Positions 16,936 through 28,419 of a DNA stretch of 64,000 bases are shown here, piece after piece. The DNA is from an uncultured Alphaproteobacteria bacterium (GTDB taxonomy: Bacteria > Pseudomonadota > Alphaproteobacteria > CAAHEQ01 > UBA3637), in contig CALXWZ010000004.1 in NCBI GenBank assembly GCA_944392555.1, positions 26,525 through 90,524 on the forward strand, written 5' to 3'. Each line of letters opens with the position of its first letter. Within the stretch, counting starts at the first letter, position 1. Made by a program: the position numbers and the translations under genes. Under the pieces are notes generated by a model. That model did no database searches. It was not told the DNA's origin and worked only from the letters and a program-made list of their open reading frames with translations.

Positions 16936-17048
16936 AAAAAGCAAGGGCGTCCTGCCCGCGTGCGGTTTCTGGGCCGGTGTAAAAACGGCAAGTTATGATA
17001 GCGGAACGCACAAAGAACTTTCCGATACATTTTTGATGAGGTGATTGA

Positions 17049-18314
17049 ATGCAATTACAGGATTTAAAAAAGAAAACGCCGGCAGAATTATTGATGTATG
17101 CCGAAGATTTGGGTGTAGAAAACGCAACGTCTTTGCGCACACAGGATTTAATGTATGCCATATTGAAAAAACTCTCGGAATCCGAAACAACGTTATACGG
17201 TGAGGGTGTATTGGAAGTTATGCAGGACGGATTTGGATTTTTGCGCTCGCCCGAGGCGAATTACTTGGCCGGGCCGGATGATATTTATGTGGCTCCGCAC
17301 CATATTAAAAAATGGGGATTAAGAACGGGAGATACGGTATCGGGCGAGATTGATGCACCGAAAAACGGGGAGCGGTATTTTTCCCTTGCCAAAATCAATA
17401 CCGTTAATTTTGAAGACCCCGAAGAATTGCGGTATCGCGTGAATTTTGATGATTTAACACCGCTTTATCCCGATAAACCGATTGTGATGGAATATGGTGA
17501 CGGCAGTCCCGAAAGCATGAAGGATTTAACGCCACGGATTATTGATTTGGTTTGTCCGCAAGGAAAAGGGCAACGGTGTTTGATTGTTGCTCCGCCTCGG
17601 ACGGGTAAAACAGTGATGCTGAAAAACATTGCTCATTCCATTGAGCATAATCATCCCGAAGCACACTTGATTATGTTGTTAATTGATGAACGCCCCGAGG
17701 AAGTGACGGATATGATTCGCTCCATTAAGGGGGAAGTGATTAGTTCCACGTTTGATGAGCCGGCCGCACGCCATGTTCAAGTTGCCGAAATGGTAATTGA
17801 GAAAGCAAAACGGTTGGTGGAACATAAAAAAGACGTGATTATTTTATTGGATTCCATTACGCGTTTATCCAGAGCCTATAATACGGTGATTCCGAGTTCG
17901 GGAAAGGTGTTGACGGGTGGTGTGGATGCCAATGCATTGCAACGGCCGAAACGGTTTTTCGGTGCGGCTCGGAATGTGGAAGAGGGTGGCTCGCTCACAA
18001 TTTTCGGAACGGCATTGATTGAAACGGGTTCGCGTATGGATGAAGTGATTTTTGAAGAGTTTAAAGGAACGGGTAATTCCGAAATTATTTTAGACCGTAA
18101 AGTATCGGATAAACGAATATTCCCCGCGATTGACATTATTAAATCGGGCACACGAAACGAAGAACTTTTGGTGGATAAAAACAAATTGCCGAAAATGTGG
18201 ATTTTGCGCCGTATTTTGATGCCGATGGGGGTAACGGATTCCATGGAATTTTTAATGGATAAATTGCGCCAGAGCAAAACAAATGCCGAATTTTTTGAAA
18301 GTATGAATCAATAA
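17049..18314 (+). CDS. rho: Transcription termination factor Rho
   Basis: [42 protein letters not shown]. Confidence 0.98.
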   Translation: MQLQDLKKKTPAELLMYAEDLGVENATSLRTQDLMYAILKKLSESETTLYGEGVLEVMQDGFGFLRSPEANYLAGPDDIYVAPHHIKKWGLRTGDTVSGEIDAPKNGERYFSLAKINTVNFEDPEELRYRVNFDDLTPLYPDKPIVMEYGDGSPESMKDLTPRIIDLVCPQGKGQRCLIVAPPRTGKTVMLKNIAHSIEHNHPEAHLIMLLIDERPEEVTDMIRSIKGEVISSTFDEPAARHVQVAEMVIEKAKRLVEHKKDVIILLDSITRLSRAYNTVIPSSGKVLTGGVDANALQRPKRFFGAARNVEEGGSLTIFGTALIETGSRMDEVIFEEFKGTGNSEIILDRKVSDKRIFPAIDIIKSGTRNEELLVDKNKLPKMWILRRILMPMGVTDSMEFLMDKLRQSKTNAEFFESMNQ

Positions 18315-18641
18315 TATGCACAATGCGTGAGGGGCATTGCTCTGCTTGCGAGTGGTTGTAATTTACGGATTACGAGTCGCTTATTGCCGTTAGGGTAAGT
18401 ATTAGGGTAAATATGCTGTCGGCGCTTATGAGGCATCGGCACTGATTGAGTAATAATGTAAAGATAACAGCGGAGTGTGTATCCGTATCAAATCGGATAT
18501 ATAGCCAAACACGAGCGGTTGCGCCCAACGTGGCGAATACAGATGATATCAGATAGATTTTACCGACTGATATGAATAACGGAGAGGATGTGAAATAACT
18601 GCACGAACAATTATAAAATTTGATTTTTGTGCGTTTTTTAC

Positions 18642-18670
18642 TTGACTTAACAGATTCTTAATGATATAAA
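18642..18670 (+). promoter_or_regulatory. Sigma70 promoter of the rpsP operon
   Basis: TTGACT-17 bp-TATAAA. Confidence 0.6.
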
Positions 18671-18809
18671 GAGACATCTTTCATAAACTGAAATGCGTTT
18701 TTCAGTCTCCAAGGAGATACATCAATCCGCGATGGTTCGTGCATTGGTGCGAAACGTGTATTTTGGTTTTTGAACGGTAAATAAGACAAGAAAGAAAGGA
18801 AAAAAATAA

Positions 18810-19226
18810 ATGTCAGTACGTATTCGTTTAGCCCGTGGGGGTTCTAAAAAACGTCCGGTTCATAAAATCGTTGTTGCCGATAAACGGGCACCGCGTGACG
18901 GTCGTTTCATTGAAGCTTTGGGATTTTATAATCCGTTGTTGCCGAAAGATCATGCCGATGCATTGCGCGTGAACGCCGAAGCCGCCAAAAAATGGATGGC
19001 TCAAGGGGCAGAATTAACAGAACGTGTGCAAAAATTGTTTGCCATTCTCGGATTGGCAGAAAAACCGGCCATTCGTGAACAGCCGAAAAAATCGGCTCCG
19101 AAAGCCAAAGCACAAGAACGTATGAAAGAAGCTCAAGAAAAAGCTGAAGCCGCTCGCGCAGCTGCCGAAGCCGAAGCAGCCGCAGCTGCCGAATCTGCTT
19201 CTTCCGAAACAGCGTCGGCCGAATAG
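18810..19226 (+). CDS. rpsP: 30S ribosomal protein S16
   Basis: [21 protein letters not shown]; Ala/Glu-rich tail. Confidence 0.97.
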   Translation: MSVRIRLARGGSKKRPVHKIVVADKRAPRDGRFIEALGFYNPLLPKDHADALRVNAEAAKKWMAQGAELTERVQKLFAILGLAEKPAIREQPKKSAPKAKAQERMKEAQEKAEAARAAAEAEAAAAAESASSETASAE

Positions 19227-19236
19227 GAGATAAGAA

Positions 19237-19752
19237 ATGTCCCAACTCGTCTGCGTCGGTCAAATCATCAATGTTCACGGAATTAAAGGTGCGATTAAGA
19301 TAAAATCGTATCTGACGAATCCGATGGATATTGATTCATTCGGACCTGTCACGGATAAGCAGGAAAAACAAACATTTCATTTAAAAGCACATAGCCAAAA
19401 ACAAGGGATTGTGTTGGCGTCTATTAAAGGTGTGAACGATAGAACAACCGCCGAGGCTTTAAAAGGGATGTATTTATACGTCAATCGGGCGCAGTTGCCG
19501 GAATCTAAATCAGACGAATATTACTACTGTGATTTAGTCGGGTTAACGGTGATGCGTGGCGATAAAGTTTTCGGAACGGTGGAATCGGTTGAAAATTTCG
19601 GTGCCGGAGATATTGTGAATATCAAATTAACAAACGGCAAAATTTATCCGTTTGATTTTTCGGATGCAACGTTTCCCGTTGTGTCAATCGCGGAAAAGAA
19701 AATGGAAATTTGTTTGCCGGCGGGAATGGAGGAAGTGATACATGAAGATTAA
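19237..19752 (+). CDS. rimM: Ribosome maturation factor RimM
   Basis: HGIKG, EYYYCDLVG, NFGAGD; synteny. Confidence 0.95.
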   Translation: MSQLVCVGQIINVHGIKGAIKIKSYLTNPMDIDSFGPVTDKQEKQTFHLKAHSQKQGIVLASIKGVNDRTTAEALKGMYLYVNRAQLPESKSDEYYYCDLVGLTVMRGDKVFGTVESVENFGAGDIVNIKLTNGKIYPFDFSDATFPVVSIAEKKMEICLPAGMEEVIHED

Positions 19753-20431
19753 TGTGTTAACACTTTATCCCGAAATGTTTCCCGGATTTTTGGGGTATTC
19801 ATTAGCCGGCAAAGCATTAGCCGAACAGAAGTATCAGCTGAATGTTGTGAATATTCGTGATTTTGCAACGGATAACTATAAATCGGTGGATGATACGCCG
19901 TTTGGCGGTGGTGCGGGAATGATTATGAAGCCCGATGTATTGGATTCGGCGATTAAAGCCACTTATACACAGGGCGATATTTATTATTTATCACCGCGCG
20001 GAGAAGTTTTTAATCAAAAAACGGCACACGCTTTTGCACAAAAAGATGAAATGACGTTTATTTGCGGACGATTCGAGGGGATTGACGAACGTATTCTTGA
20101 AAAATGGCAGATAAAAGAGATTAGTATCGGAGATTTCGTGCTTTCGGGCGGAGAGCCTGCTCTTTTAACCATGTTGGATGCGGTCATTCGGTTATTACCG
20201 TCAGTAATGGGGAACAAACAATCCATGAGTGAGGAAAGTTTTGAAAACGGATTATTGGAATATCCGCAATATACAAAGCCTCAAAATTGGGAGGGACGTT
20301 TGGTTCCCGATGTTCTTGTATCCGGGCATCATGCCAAAATCAATGCATGGCGTTTGGAACAATCAATCGCATTAACCAAAACAAGAAGACCAGACTTGTG
20401 GACAAGTTATCTGGCTCAAAAAAAAGATTAA
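19742..20431 (+). CDS. trmD: tRNA (guanine-37-N1)-methyltransferase
   Basis: VDDTPFGGGAGM, CGRFEGIDER, SIGDFVLSGGE. Confidence 0.97.
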   Translation: MKINVLTLYPEMFPGFLGYSLAGKALAEQKYQLNVVNIRDFATDNYKSVDDTPFGGGAGMIMKPDVLDSAIKATYTQGDIYYLSPRGEVFNQKTAHAFAQKDEMTFICGRFEGIDERILEKWQIKEISIGDFVLSGGEPALLTMLDAVIRLLPSVMGNKQSMSEESFENGLLEYPQYTKPQNWEGRLVPDVLVSGHHAKINAWRLEQSIALTKTRRPDLWTSYLAQKKD

Positions 20432-20445
20432 GAAAGGAATAAAAA

Positions 20446-20817
20446 ATGAACTTAATTAAAGAATTAGAAAACGAACAAATTGCCAAACTCGGCAAAACGG
20501 TTCCTGATTTCAAAGCCGGCGATACAGTGCGGGTTATGTATAAAATCGTTGAAGATAAAGGCCGTGAACGGTTGCAAGCGTATGAAGGCGTTTGCATCGC
20601 TCGTCACAACGATGGATTAAATTCTTCTTGCGTTATCCGCAAAATTTCATTCGGCGAAGGGGTGGAAAGAATTTTCCCGATTTATTCTCCGAATGTTGCC
20701 AGCATTGAAGTGGTGCGTCGCGGTAAAGTTGTGCGCTCCAAAATCTATTACTTGCGCAACCTGTTTGGTAAAAAAGCCCGTATTGCGGAAGATAAAGCAA
20801 TGGATAACGAAGATTAA
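20446..20817 (+). CDS. rplS: 50S ribosomal protein L19
   Basis: [25 protein letters not shown]. Confidence 0.97.
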   Translation: MNLIKELENEQIAKLGKTVPDFKAGDTVRVMYKIVEDKGRERLQAYEGVCIARHNDGLNSSCVIRKISFGEGVERIFPIYSPNVASIEVVRRGKVVRSKIYYLRNLFGKKARIAEDKAMDNED

Positions 20818-20833
20818 TTCGTATTTACCGTTC

Positions 20834-20868
20834 AAAAACACCTGCTTTTTTAGGCGGGTGTTTTTTTT
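20834..20868 (+). terminator. Intrinsic terminator after rplS
   Basis: CACCTGCTT / AGGCGGGTG stem plus T8. Confidence 0.8.
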
Positions 20869-20979
20869 GCTTTCTGTTTTAATAACTTGGTTTGGTTTAG
20901 GGATTAGGGTTTATCTTATAATGCATCAGCGGAAAGAATAATGCGCTATAATGTGAATAGTTTGTTTATTGAAAAATGA

Positions 20980-21008
20980 TTGACAATAAAATGAATGTGT
21001 GATAGTAT
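20980..21008 (+). promoter_or_regulatory. Sigma70 promoter with extended -10
   Basis: TTGACA-17 bp-TAGTAT preceded by TG. Confidence 0.6.
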
Positions 21009-21059
21009 CACATCAAAATCACGCAAGGGAGTATCACAAAATATAAGACAGGAGAAAAT

Positions 21060-21722
21060 ATGCAAAAGCCATTTAATTTATCCGAAGCCGAAAAGCGGAT
21101 GAAAAATGAAGAAAATGTTATTGATGTAGAAGTTCAAGTGTTAGATACACCGCCTGTTTCGCGGGAAGAAATAGAACGAAAGGTTCAGAAAATACGAGAG
21201 GGAATTGCATTCCAAGAATATTATTATAAACATATTGTGCATGATGTAATGCGTGCGGCCTATCAGTATGATGATGTGCGCTTGGCTCGGATTTGTTATG
21301 CGTGCGAGCCCAAATCTTTGTATTTTACTTATACTAAAAACGGCAAAGATCAATCTATTCTTTTTGCAGCCTTAGAGGGGAAAAAAGAAAAATTGTATAA
21401 TTATATTTTGTCCCGCACGGATTGGACGGTTGCTTCTTACAGAGCAGAGTTTATCAAAAACATATATCCCAATAAAAAAATGGGGACACCTGCCATGCGT
21501 GCCAAAACAAAAAGTGTTCAATCCGAAATTTTCCGGTTGGAAAGAATGGCTCGCCAGACGGAACGTCTTTTGAATGCAAGCGCAAGAAACAAGCAAGCGG
21601 TAGAATTGAAGCAATTACGTGCTGAATTTGCAACACAGCGGGCAAAAGCCGTTTGTCCGGATGTTAAGCAACGGTTAAGTTGGCGTAAAGCAATTTTGGA
21701 GCATTTTAAAAGGCAAAGATAA
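21060..21722 (+). CDS. Hypothetical basic protein
   Basis: AGGAG RBS, own promoter and terminator, 220 aa; no recognised motif. Confidence 0.75.
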   Translation: MQKPFNLSEAEKRMKNEENVIDVEVQVLDTPPVSREEIERKVQKIREGIAFQEYYYKHIVHDVMRAAYQYDDVRLARICYACEPKSLYFTYTKNGKDQSILFAALEGKKEKLYNYILSRTDWTVASYRAEFIKNIYPNKKMGTPAMRAKTKSVQSEIFRLERMARQTERLLNASARNKQAVELKQLRAEFATQRAKAVCPDVKQRLSWRKAILEHFKRQR

Positions 21723-21772
21723 ATTGCTTCTCTGAGTGATGAGCTCTGAGATGCCGAAAACAATATGGAACT

Positions 21773-21804
21773 AAAACGCCGAGGAGTTTTTTTCGGCGTT
21801 TTTT
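21773..21804 (+). terminator. Intrinsic terminator
   Basis: AAAACGCCGA / TCGGCGTTTTTT. Confidence 0.75.
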
Positions 21805-22269
21805 ATGATTGTTTATTTTTATAAAATGTGATTTCTAAATCTAACCGATGCGTGAACATAATATCACAAAGCGGAATTGAAACCAACGGTTTTGAATACA
21901 ACTGTATTCAGGCGAAAGCTGAAAATAAAAAGTTAGCAAAACGTATGATGCAAGTTATAAAAATGATGAGTTGCACCACATATAAAATTGCAATTCCGAG
22001 CATATTTAAATATCCGTTTGAAGTGATAAGGAAAAGTCAAACAAAATGATATTGCTTTTGATTTTGTGTAAGCGTAACGAACAAGGCGATTCCGGTTTAT
22101 CCGATTTTAATGGTATCAAGGAGCGTGTTTTATGAAAAATAACGGCGTGTATGGCAGAATGAAATTCTAAAAAGAGGAGAATAAAAATGTCGGAGCTTAA
22201 AACCCCGACATTTGTTCATTCATTTCACTATAAACACTCATTTTCATAAAGATATATGAAAGTTTCCGA

Positions 22270-23181
22270 TTAGTATCCTTCCAATTTTTCCTCAATCGTA
22301 TTGCCGGATAGATATTCAATAATCGGGCGTTCAATAAAGGTATAGACACCATATTCCTCTTTATTATAGGCACTCATACATGCCCGTGCGGAGGCAACCA
22401 TAATGTTTGCCGTAAATTCGGGATTGATACCCTCAACCGTATAGAGTTGATTCACTTCCATACCCGTGCGTTCAATCGTTGCCGAGTGATGCAATGTATT
22501 ATAAGGTTGAATACTTTTCACGGGCAGAATTTCCGTCGGGTCCATTTTAAAATACGGATCAGCCAAAATGGCTTTTTTGATTTCTTCTAAATCAGCATCC
22601 TTTTCAAGTTCAATATAGACGCGCCGTTTTTGCTTTCCGCGTCCGTTTGCAAGCGTCAACGCCACGGCATCTTTAACGCCTTTAAAGGATTTGACTTGCA
22701 CCGTGTGACCCATACTGCGACCGCCTTTTTCGCCCCCGAAAGTTGTTGTGGTGTGTCCCGTTAATGAAACAACTTTCATCAATGCTCGCACGAGCGAGTC
22801 GGTGCCCGGATCCCAACCGGCCGACATAATGGAAACAACTTTTTTCACTTTGGCCGTAACATCTAATTCTCGGCGTAATCCGACAATACGTTGGTGTTCG
22901 TCAAAACTGTCAACCGTGCAAATACCGAGTGCGTGATACTCTTTAATTCGTTGCGGGACTTCCCGTGACGGAATACAAAGCAATGCAACATCTACATTTT
23001 TGAGTTTTGTAATATCAGAAACCACAATCGTATTTTCCAAATCGGGATCGTCCCCGTGTGCAATGGATGAGGCACGCCGAACAACGCCTGCCAAAACCAT
23101 ATCCGAACACTCGGATATTGCGCGTTTACACGCTCTGCCGATATTTCCCCACCCCACGATTGCCACTGATATTTTTTGCAT
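22270..23181 (-). CDS. ddh: meso-Diaminopimelate dehydrogenase
   Basis: VGWGNIG, TVDSFD, AGWDPG, SMGH, NPEFTA. Confidence 0.92.
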   Translation of the reverse strand: MQKISVAIVGWGNIGRACKRAISECSDMVLAGVVRRASSIAHGDDPDLENTIVVSDITKLKNVDVALLCIPSREVPQRIKEYHALGICTVDSFDEHQRIVGLRRELDVTAKVKKVVSIMSAGWDPGTDSLVRALMKVVSLTGHTTTTFGGEKGGRSMGHTVQVKSFKGVKDAVALTLANGRGKQKRRVYIELEKDADLEEIKKAILADPYFKMDPTEILPVKSIQPYNTLHHSATIERTGMEVNQLYTVEGINPEFTANIMVASARACMSAYNKEEYGVYTFIERPIIEYLSGNTIEEKLEGY

Positions 23182-24662
23182 TAGTATACTCCTGCCATTT
23201 TGCTATATAAGTTTTTATAATCCATGGAGGATTTATTCCATGAATAGTTTTGCTTCATTGCCATTTTCCGCATCATGCGGATATGTTCGGGACGGTCAAA
23301 ATACGTTGCGTTTGCCCACCCGATTGTGTTATACAGTGCCCGAGACGAAATGTCGTGAAATTTAAATCCCGTTCCGACACCGTATTGTTCGTTATAATTC
23401 AAAATCGTATCTTCCAAACCGCCCGTTGCGCGTCCGACGGGTAAAGCGCCATACGTTTGGCTGACCATCTGTTTTAACCCGCACGGCTCATAAATAGACG
23501 GAACAAGCGAAAAATCGGCCCCTGCATCCATCAAATGCTCCGTTTCACCCTCAAAACCGATATGAACGCCGATTTTGCCGGGATATTTCTTCGGGAGCGA
23601 GTCAAAATAATCTTGTATCCAACCATCACCGTTGCCCATAATCACGAATTGGCATTCCATCGTGTTCAATACCGGCTCAATACAGTCGGAAAGCATTTTA
23701 ACGCCTTTTTGCTCTGTTAGTCGCACGGCCATGGAGAAAATCGGTTTTTCCGTTGATGCTAAATGAAACCGGTTGACTAATTCTTTTTTATTTTGGGCTT
23801 TGCCTTCGTCCGAACTATCCCATGTGTATTGATGCGGAATTACAATATCTTTTTGCGGATTCCACATCTGTGTATCAATGCCGTTTAAAATACCGACTAA
23901 ATCACCTTGCCGTTCACGCAACATAAAATCCAAACCGGCACCGTATTCGGGTGTGAGAATTTCCCTTGCATAATTCGGTGAAACCGTATTGAGTTTATCG
24001 GCGAAACGAATACCGCCTTTAAGCAAGTTAATTCTACCGTAATCTTCAAATGCGCCGGCATTAAAATCCGCCCAATCAACTTTGGCATAAGGCACAACGT
24101 CGGCTCCGTATTTCCCTTGGTAAGGTAAGTTATGAAGCGTTAATAAACTTCTGGTATTTGCGAAAAACGGATCGTGGTCATGCTTTAAATAATAGGGAGC
24201 CAAAGCTGTTTGCCAATCGTGCACGTGGACAACGTCCGGCCGGAAATTTAAATCTTTGGCCGTTTGAAGGGCTGCCCGCGTAAAGAATGAATAGCGGTAA
24301 GCATTATCCCAGTATTCCGTATGTGTATTGCAATCATCATACAAGCCGTGTTGGCGATAAATCGGGCGTCCGAAGTATTTATTAAACTCGATGAAATATG
24401 TTTCAACCCCCGCCACAAAGTTTGATTGGTGAACGCTGAAAAATTCCTGACAGTTGCCCATATTAACGCAATTTCCCTGCATGCGCGGGAAAAGACCGTA
24501 TTTTTGATAATCAATGGATGAATAAAGCGGAATAATAACCTTAACGTTTACTCCGTGTTCAGATGCCAACGATTTTGGCAAAGCCCCCACAACATCACCC
24601 AAACCGCCGGTTTTAATAAACGGTGTCATCTCACTTGCGATAAACAAAATATTTTGTGCCAT
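23181..24662 (-). CDS. glgA: Glycogen synthase
   Basis: KTGGLGDV, HVHDWQT, TVSPNYA, GILNGID, EPCGL, TGGLEDT. Confidence 0.95.
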   Translation of the reverse strand: MAQNILFIASEMTPFIKTGGLGDVVGALPKSLASEHGVNVKVIIPLYSSIDYQKYGLFPRMQGNCVNMGNCQEFFSVHQSNFVAGVETYFIEFNKYFGRPIYRQHGLYDDCNTHTEYWDNAYRYSFFTRAALQTAKDLNFRPDVVHVHDWQTALAPYYLKHDHDPFFANTRSLLTLHNLPYQGKYGADVVPYAKVDWADFNAGAFEDYGRINLLKGGIRFADKLNTVSPNYAREILTPEYGAGLDFMLRERQGDLVGILNGIDTQMWNPQKDIVIPHQYTWDSSDEGKAQNKKELVNRFHLASTEKPIFSMAVRLTEQKGVKMLSDCIEPVLNTMECQFVIMGNGDGWIQDYFDSLPKKYPGKIGVHIGFEGETEHLMDAGADFSLVPSIYEPCGLKQMVSQTYGALPVGRATGGLEDTILNYNEQYGVGTGFKFHDISSRALYNTIGWANATYFDRPEHIRMMRKMAMKQNYSWNKSSMDYKNLYSKMAGVY

Positions 24663-24809
24663 ATAGCCCCCCTTGGTTTAATCTGTGAGTATCTTATCTG
24701 AAAAAAAAGTGTGATGCAAGTATTATTTTATTTTTTTTCACTTGCTTTCGATATCAAAAAAAGGTATGCTGGATCCGAATAAGAAATAAATTAAGGTTGT
24801 GAAGAAAAG

Positions 24810-26576
24810 ATGCGCGTGTTGGATGTGGAGCAGTCTGTTAACGGCTGCCGATGGATATATAAAGAGGGTGATTCGAGATTGGCTTTAACGATTCAACAAC
24901 GATACGGGTTGCCCGAAATCGTTGCGCGGATTTTGGCATCTCGTTCGATTTCATTAGAAAATGTTGAAGCGTTTTTATATCCGACATTGAAACAACACCT
25001 CCCGAATCCTTTTACGTTGAAAGATATGGAAAAAGCAGCCGAGCGAATGGCGCTGGCCGTAATAAATGGCGAACCCATCGGCTTGATGGGGGATTATGAT
25101 GTGGATGGTGCAACTTCAACGGCTCTTTTAAAAATGTTTTTGGAATCCTGTGGGATTACAACATATTGCTTTATCCCCGATCGTGAAGACGGCTATGGCC
25201 CGAACGGGAAGAAAATGAAGGAGTTTTATGATAAAGGGTGTCGTGTGGTTGCAACGCTGGATTGCGGAACGACGGCATTTGAGCCGATTGCCGAGGGGAC
25301 GGCCTTAGGCTTGGATGTGATTGTTTTGGATCACCATGATGCCGATGAAAAAAGATTGCCGAATGCGTATGCCGTTGTTAATCCGAAGCGATTGGATGAA
25401 GATATCAATCATCCGTGTCATTATATGGCAGCGGTGGGCGTTGTGTTCCTGTTCAGTGTTGCCTTGAATGCCGTGTTGCGGCGCAAAGGATTTTACCAAA
25501 CGCGACAAGAACCGAATTTGATTGAGTATTTGGATTTGGTGGCATTTGGCACGGTGTGCGATGTCGTAAAATTACGTGGTGTGAATCGGCTGTTTGTAAA
25601 ATCAGGTTTGAAACAAATGCAAAAAAGGCGCAATATGGGTCTTAGTGCATTGGCGGATATGGTTAATTTAACGGAAGCGCCGACGGCGTATCATCTCGGA
25701 TATGTTTTTGGCCCGCGCATTAACGCTTGCGGGCGTGTGGGTAAATCGGATATCGGTATGCGATTGCTTTCATCGGATAACATGATAACGGCGTCACAGT
25801 TGGCGCAAGAATTGGAAACTTTGAATGGAACGCGTCGGGAAATAGAAATGGCTGTTTTGGCAGAAGCCATAGAGCAGGTGGAATCGCGCCCGATAGATAC
25901 GCCCTTTTTGGTTGTGCAAGGAAAGAATTGGCATCAGGGTGTTGTCGGAATTGTGGCGGGTCGGTTAAAAGATAAATATAATCTGCCCGTATTTGCGCTG
26001 AGCATTGAAAACGGTGAGGTCAAAGGCTCTTCGCGCTCGGTTCAGGGTGTTGATTTGGGAACACTGGTTATGAATGCCATCCAGCGCGGTATACTATCAC
26101 GAGGCGGTGGGCACCCGATGGCTGCCGGTTTTTCGCTGAGTGAAGATAAATTAGATGCCTTTAAAGCTTATCTGAAAGAGCAAATTAAGCCTGAAATGAT
26201 TTCGGCTGATTTGTCGGCAGAGGCGGTTGACGGTATTTTAACGCTTGGAGGAGTTAATGATTCGCTGATGGATGCTTTGGCGATGTTGGCGCCATTCGGA
26301 GAATCGAATCCGGAACCGCGATTTGTGTTGACGGATGTATTGGTCACGCGCGCCAATTTGCTTCGGAACGGACACGTGGCCTGCACGTTATCGGCTCGTG
26401 GCGGTAAATCAATCAATGCAATCGCTTTTCGGGCGGCGGATACGGAGTTGGGGGTACAGTTACTCAATGAACATCGTCGGTATATGCACGTGTTGGGCGT
26501 GTTAAAGCGAGATGTATGGCGTGGTCGCTCAAAAATTCAATTTCAGATAGAAGATGCAGCATTTGCCGATTCATGA
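24810..26576 (+). CDS. recJ: Single-stranded-DNA exonuclease RecJ
   Basis: GDYDVDG, DCG, DHH, GPRINACGR, GGHPMAAG, PFGESNPEP. Confidence 0.97.
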   Translation: MRVLDVEQSVNGCRWIYKEGDSRLALTIQQRYGLPEIVARILASRSISLENVEAFLYPTLKQHLPNPFTLKDMEKAAERMALAVINGEPIGLMGDYDVDGATSTALLKMFLESCGITTYCFIPDREDGYGPNGKKMKEFYDKGCRVVATLDCGTTAFEPIAEGTALGLDVIVLDHHDADEKRLPNAYAVVNPKRLDEDINHPCHYMAAVGVVFLFSVALNAVLRRKGFYQTRQEPNLIEYLDLVAFGTVCDVVKLRGVNRLFVKSGLKQMQKRRNMGLSALADMVNLTEAPTAYHLGYVFGPRINACGRVGKSDIGMRLLSSDNMITASQLAQELETLNGTRREIEMAVLAEAIEQVESRPIDTPFLVVQGKNWHQGVVGIVAGRLKDKYNLPVFALSIENGEVKGSSRSVQGVDLGTLVMNAIQRGILSRGGGHPMAAGFSLSEDKLDAFKAYLKEQIKPEMISADLSAEAVDGILTLGGVNDSLMDALAMLAPFGESNPEPRFVLTDVLVTRANLLRNGHVACTLSARGGKSINAIAFRAADTELGVQLLNEHRRYMHVLGVLKRDVWRGRSKIQFQIEDAAFADS

Positions 26577-26772
26577 TTTATCGTATCGGTAAATCGGCAA
26601 AGCCGATACAATATTTAATAATGAATTAATTTCTAAATTTATTTTCATTAAAAAAAATATAATATAAGTTTAAAAAACAAATCAGAAATAAAGCTTTCTG
26701 ATTTTTTTGTTGACAGATGAAGTCCTTTCGCCTACTCTGCGGAAGATGATGTATCTGTTTGTAAAGGGGTAA

Positions 26773-27948
26773 ATGATTATGAAGATACGCTATTTTGGAA
26801 GGGGGCTTGGCGCTTTTATCGGTTTTTTTGCTTTGCTCGGGTTTGTTTGCTCGGCATCGGCGCAACACTTACGTCCTATTATCGGAGACTATGAATGCAC
26901 GTCAACGGCAGATTGTGAAAATGGAATATGCGATATTGATACGCATACGTGTCGCACATGTCCTAGTTGCCCGGAATTGCCGGAGTGCGGTGATAAGAAC
27001 GAGGTAAACGGCAGATGTGTTGAATGTACTTCAAATGCGGAGTGTACGGAATCTGGTCGACCGTATTGCAATACGGCTACGTTTACTTGTCAAACATGTC
27101 CGGGTGACAAGCCTTTCTGGAACGGTAATGAATGCGAGGCTTGCCCTGCGGGGACAACCTTAGTGGATGGCGTTTGCGCGTGTCCAAGTGATAAACCGTA
27201 TCGGTTGGCAATGTGTATCGGTTGTGAATCAAATAAGATTTTTGTTTCAGAACATAATGCTTGTGAATGCCCAAGTGATTTGCCAAATTGGAATACGGCA
27301 ACAAATATGTGTGTTGAACCATGCGAGAATGATTGGAAATGGAAAGAAACGGAATGCGTTGAATGTTTAGTGAATACGGATTGTAAAGAGGGAGAAAATC
27401 CGTTGTGTGATACGGATAATACCTGTATCCCATGCCCTGATGCGACTCCGGTTTGGAACGGTTCGACGAAGATGTGTGAGGCGTGCCCGGATGACAAGCC
27501 TTATTGGAACAAAACAGAGAAAATGTGCGAGCCATGTCCGGACGGTGGCACATATGATGCAACGAAGAAAACATGTGTGATTATGATATTTAATGATAAC
27601 TGGAATATGTGCCCTTGGACGCCGGCTCCTGGTTGCTGGACTCTCTTGGATAAATTTGGGCCATATACGCGTAATTATGGTGTATATGTAAGTGGATCCA
27701 CAGATGATGAGGTGAGATTCTACATTGACTCAACAAATATGATGCCAACGGGCCAGAATGTGTATAATACTTGGTGCAATGGATACACGGGTTATTCCTC
27801 TAAGTTTGCTAACTATGGTGGGTATACAGCTCGTTCTAAATTAGGTGATCTGCCGAAAGGTTCTTACGGAAGCGCCTTATTATACTCATCCGGTGGCTGT
27901 ATTTACTTTAAGAACGGCGCAAAAATCTGGCTGGAACTTGAAGAATAA
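26773..27948 (+). CDS. Exported cysteine-rich repeat protein
   Basis: Signal peptide ending ASA-Q, tandem CxxCPxxxPxW units, C-terminal Gly/Tyr/Trp-rich domain. Confidence 0.8.
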   Translation: MIMKIRYFGRGLGAFIGFFALLGFVCSASAQHLRPIIGDYECTSTADCENGICDIDTHTCRTCPSCPELPECGDKNEVNGRCVECTSNAECTESGRPYCNTATFTCQTCPGDKPFWNGNECEACPAGTTLVDGVCACPSDKPYRLAMCIGCESNKIFVSEHNACECPSDLPNWNTATNMCVEPCENDWKWKETECVECLVNTDCKEGENPLCDTDNTCIPCPDATPVWNGSTKMCEACPDDKPYWNKTEKMCEPCPDGGTYDATKKTCVIMIFNDNWNMCPWTPAPGCWTLLDKFGPYTRNYGVYVSGSTDDEVRFYIDSTNMMPTGQNVYNTWCNGYTGYSSKFANYGGYTARSKLGDLPKGSYGSALLYSSGGCIYFKNGAKIWLELEE

Positions 27949-27959
27949 TATTATCTGTA

Positions 27960-27993
27960 AAAAACGCTCCGACGTCAAAATCGGAGCGTTTTT
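27960..27993 (+). terminator. Intrinsic terminator
   Basis: AAAAACGCTCCGA / TCGGAGCGTTTTT. Confidence 0.8.
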
Positions 27994-28203
27994 GATTCAA
28001 ATAAACGGTTAGATATATTTGTCCATCAGCACTACGGCAACACAGTTTCCTTACGAAGAGAAAAATAGTATTTTCACCAAATTTATTGCGTATCACCTGT
28101 TTGATTCCATTAGAGCGTAAATTGTGATGAATTGAGCAGTATTGCAAATGTGTGTTATTCCCCGAAACGAGTTGTTTTTCTTTAAAAAGAATCAAAAAAA
28201 GGC

Positions 28204-28232
28204 TTGACATTTTGTTTTAAATACAGTAGAAT
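28204..28232 (+). promoter_or_regulatory. Sigma70 promoter of the str operon
   Basis: TTGACA-17 bp-TAGAAT. Confidence 0.75.
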
Positions 28233-28419
28233 AAATCCACTTTGATGCTGGATTTAACAATGTTTTTCGACTCGGAGAGCATGTTATTGAATGCAGAGGT
28301 TTTCAATGAAAATCAAGGGATTACTCTTGCTTTTACTGTTGAAATATGAGTGCTTTTATCTGCCCGAAACGGGTCGGTAAAAGATGTGTATAATTAGGTA
28401 GAATAAAGGAAAAATTTAA

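Noticed and set aside
18315-18640. Long rho-rpsP intergenic region as an ncRNA gene
   Set aside because: No recognisable RNA family motif or convincing extended structure.
21828-22049. 73-aa ORF
   Set aside because: GTG start without RBS and no motif; probably spurious.
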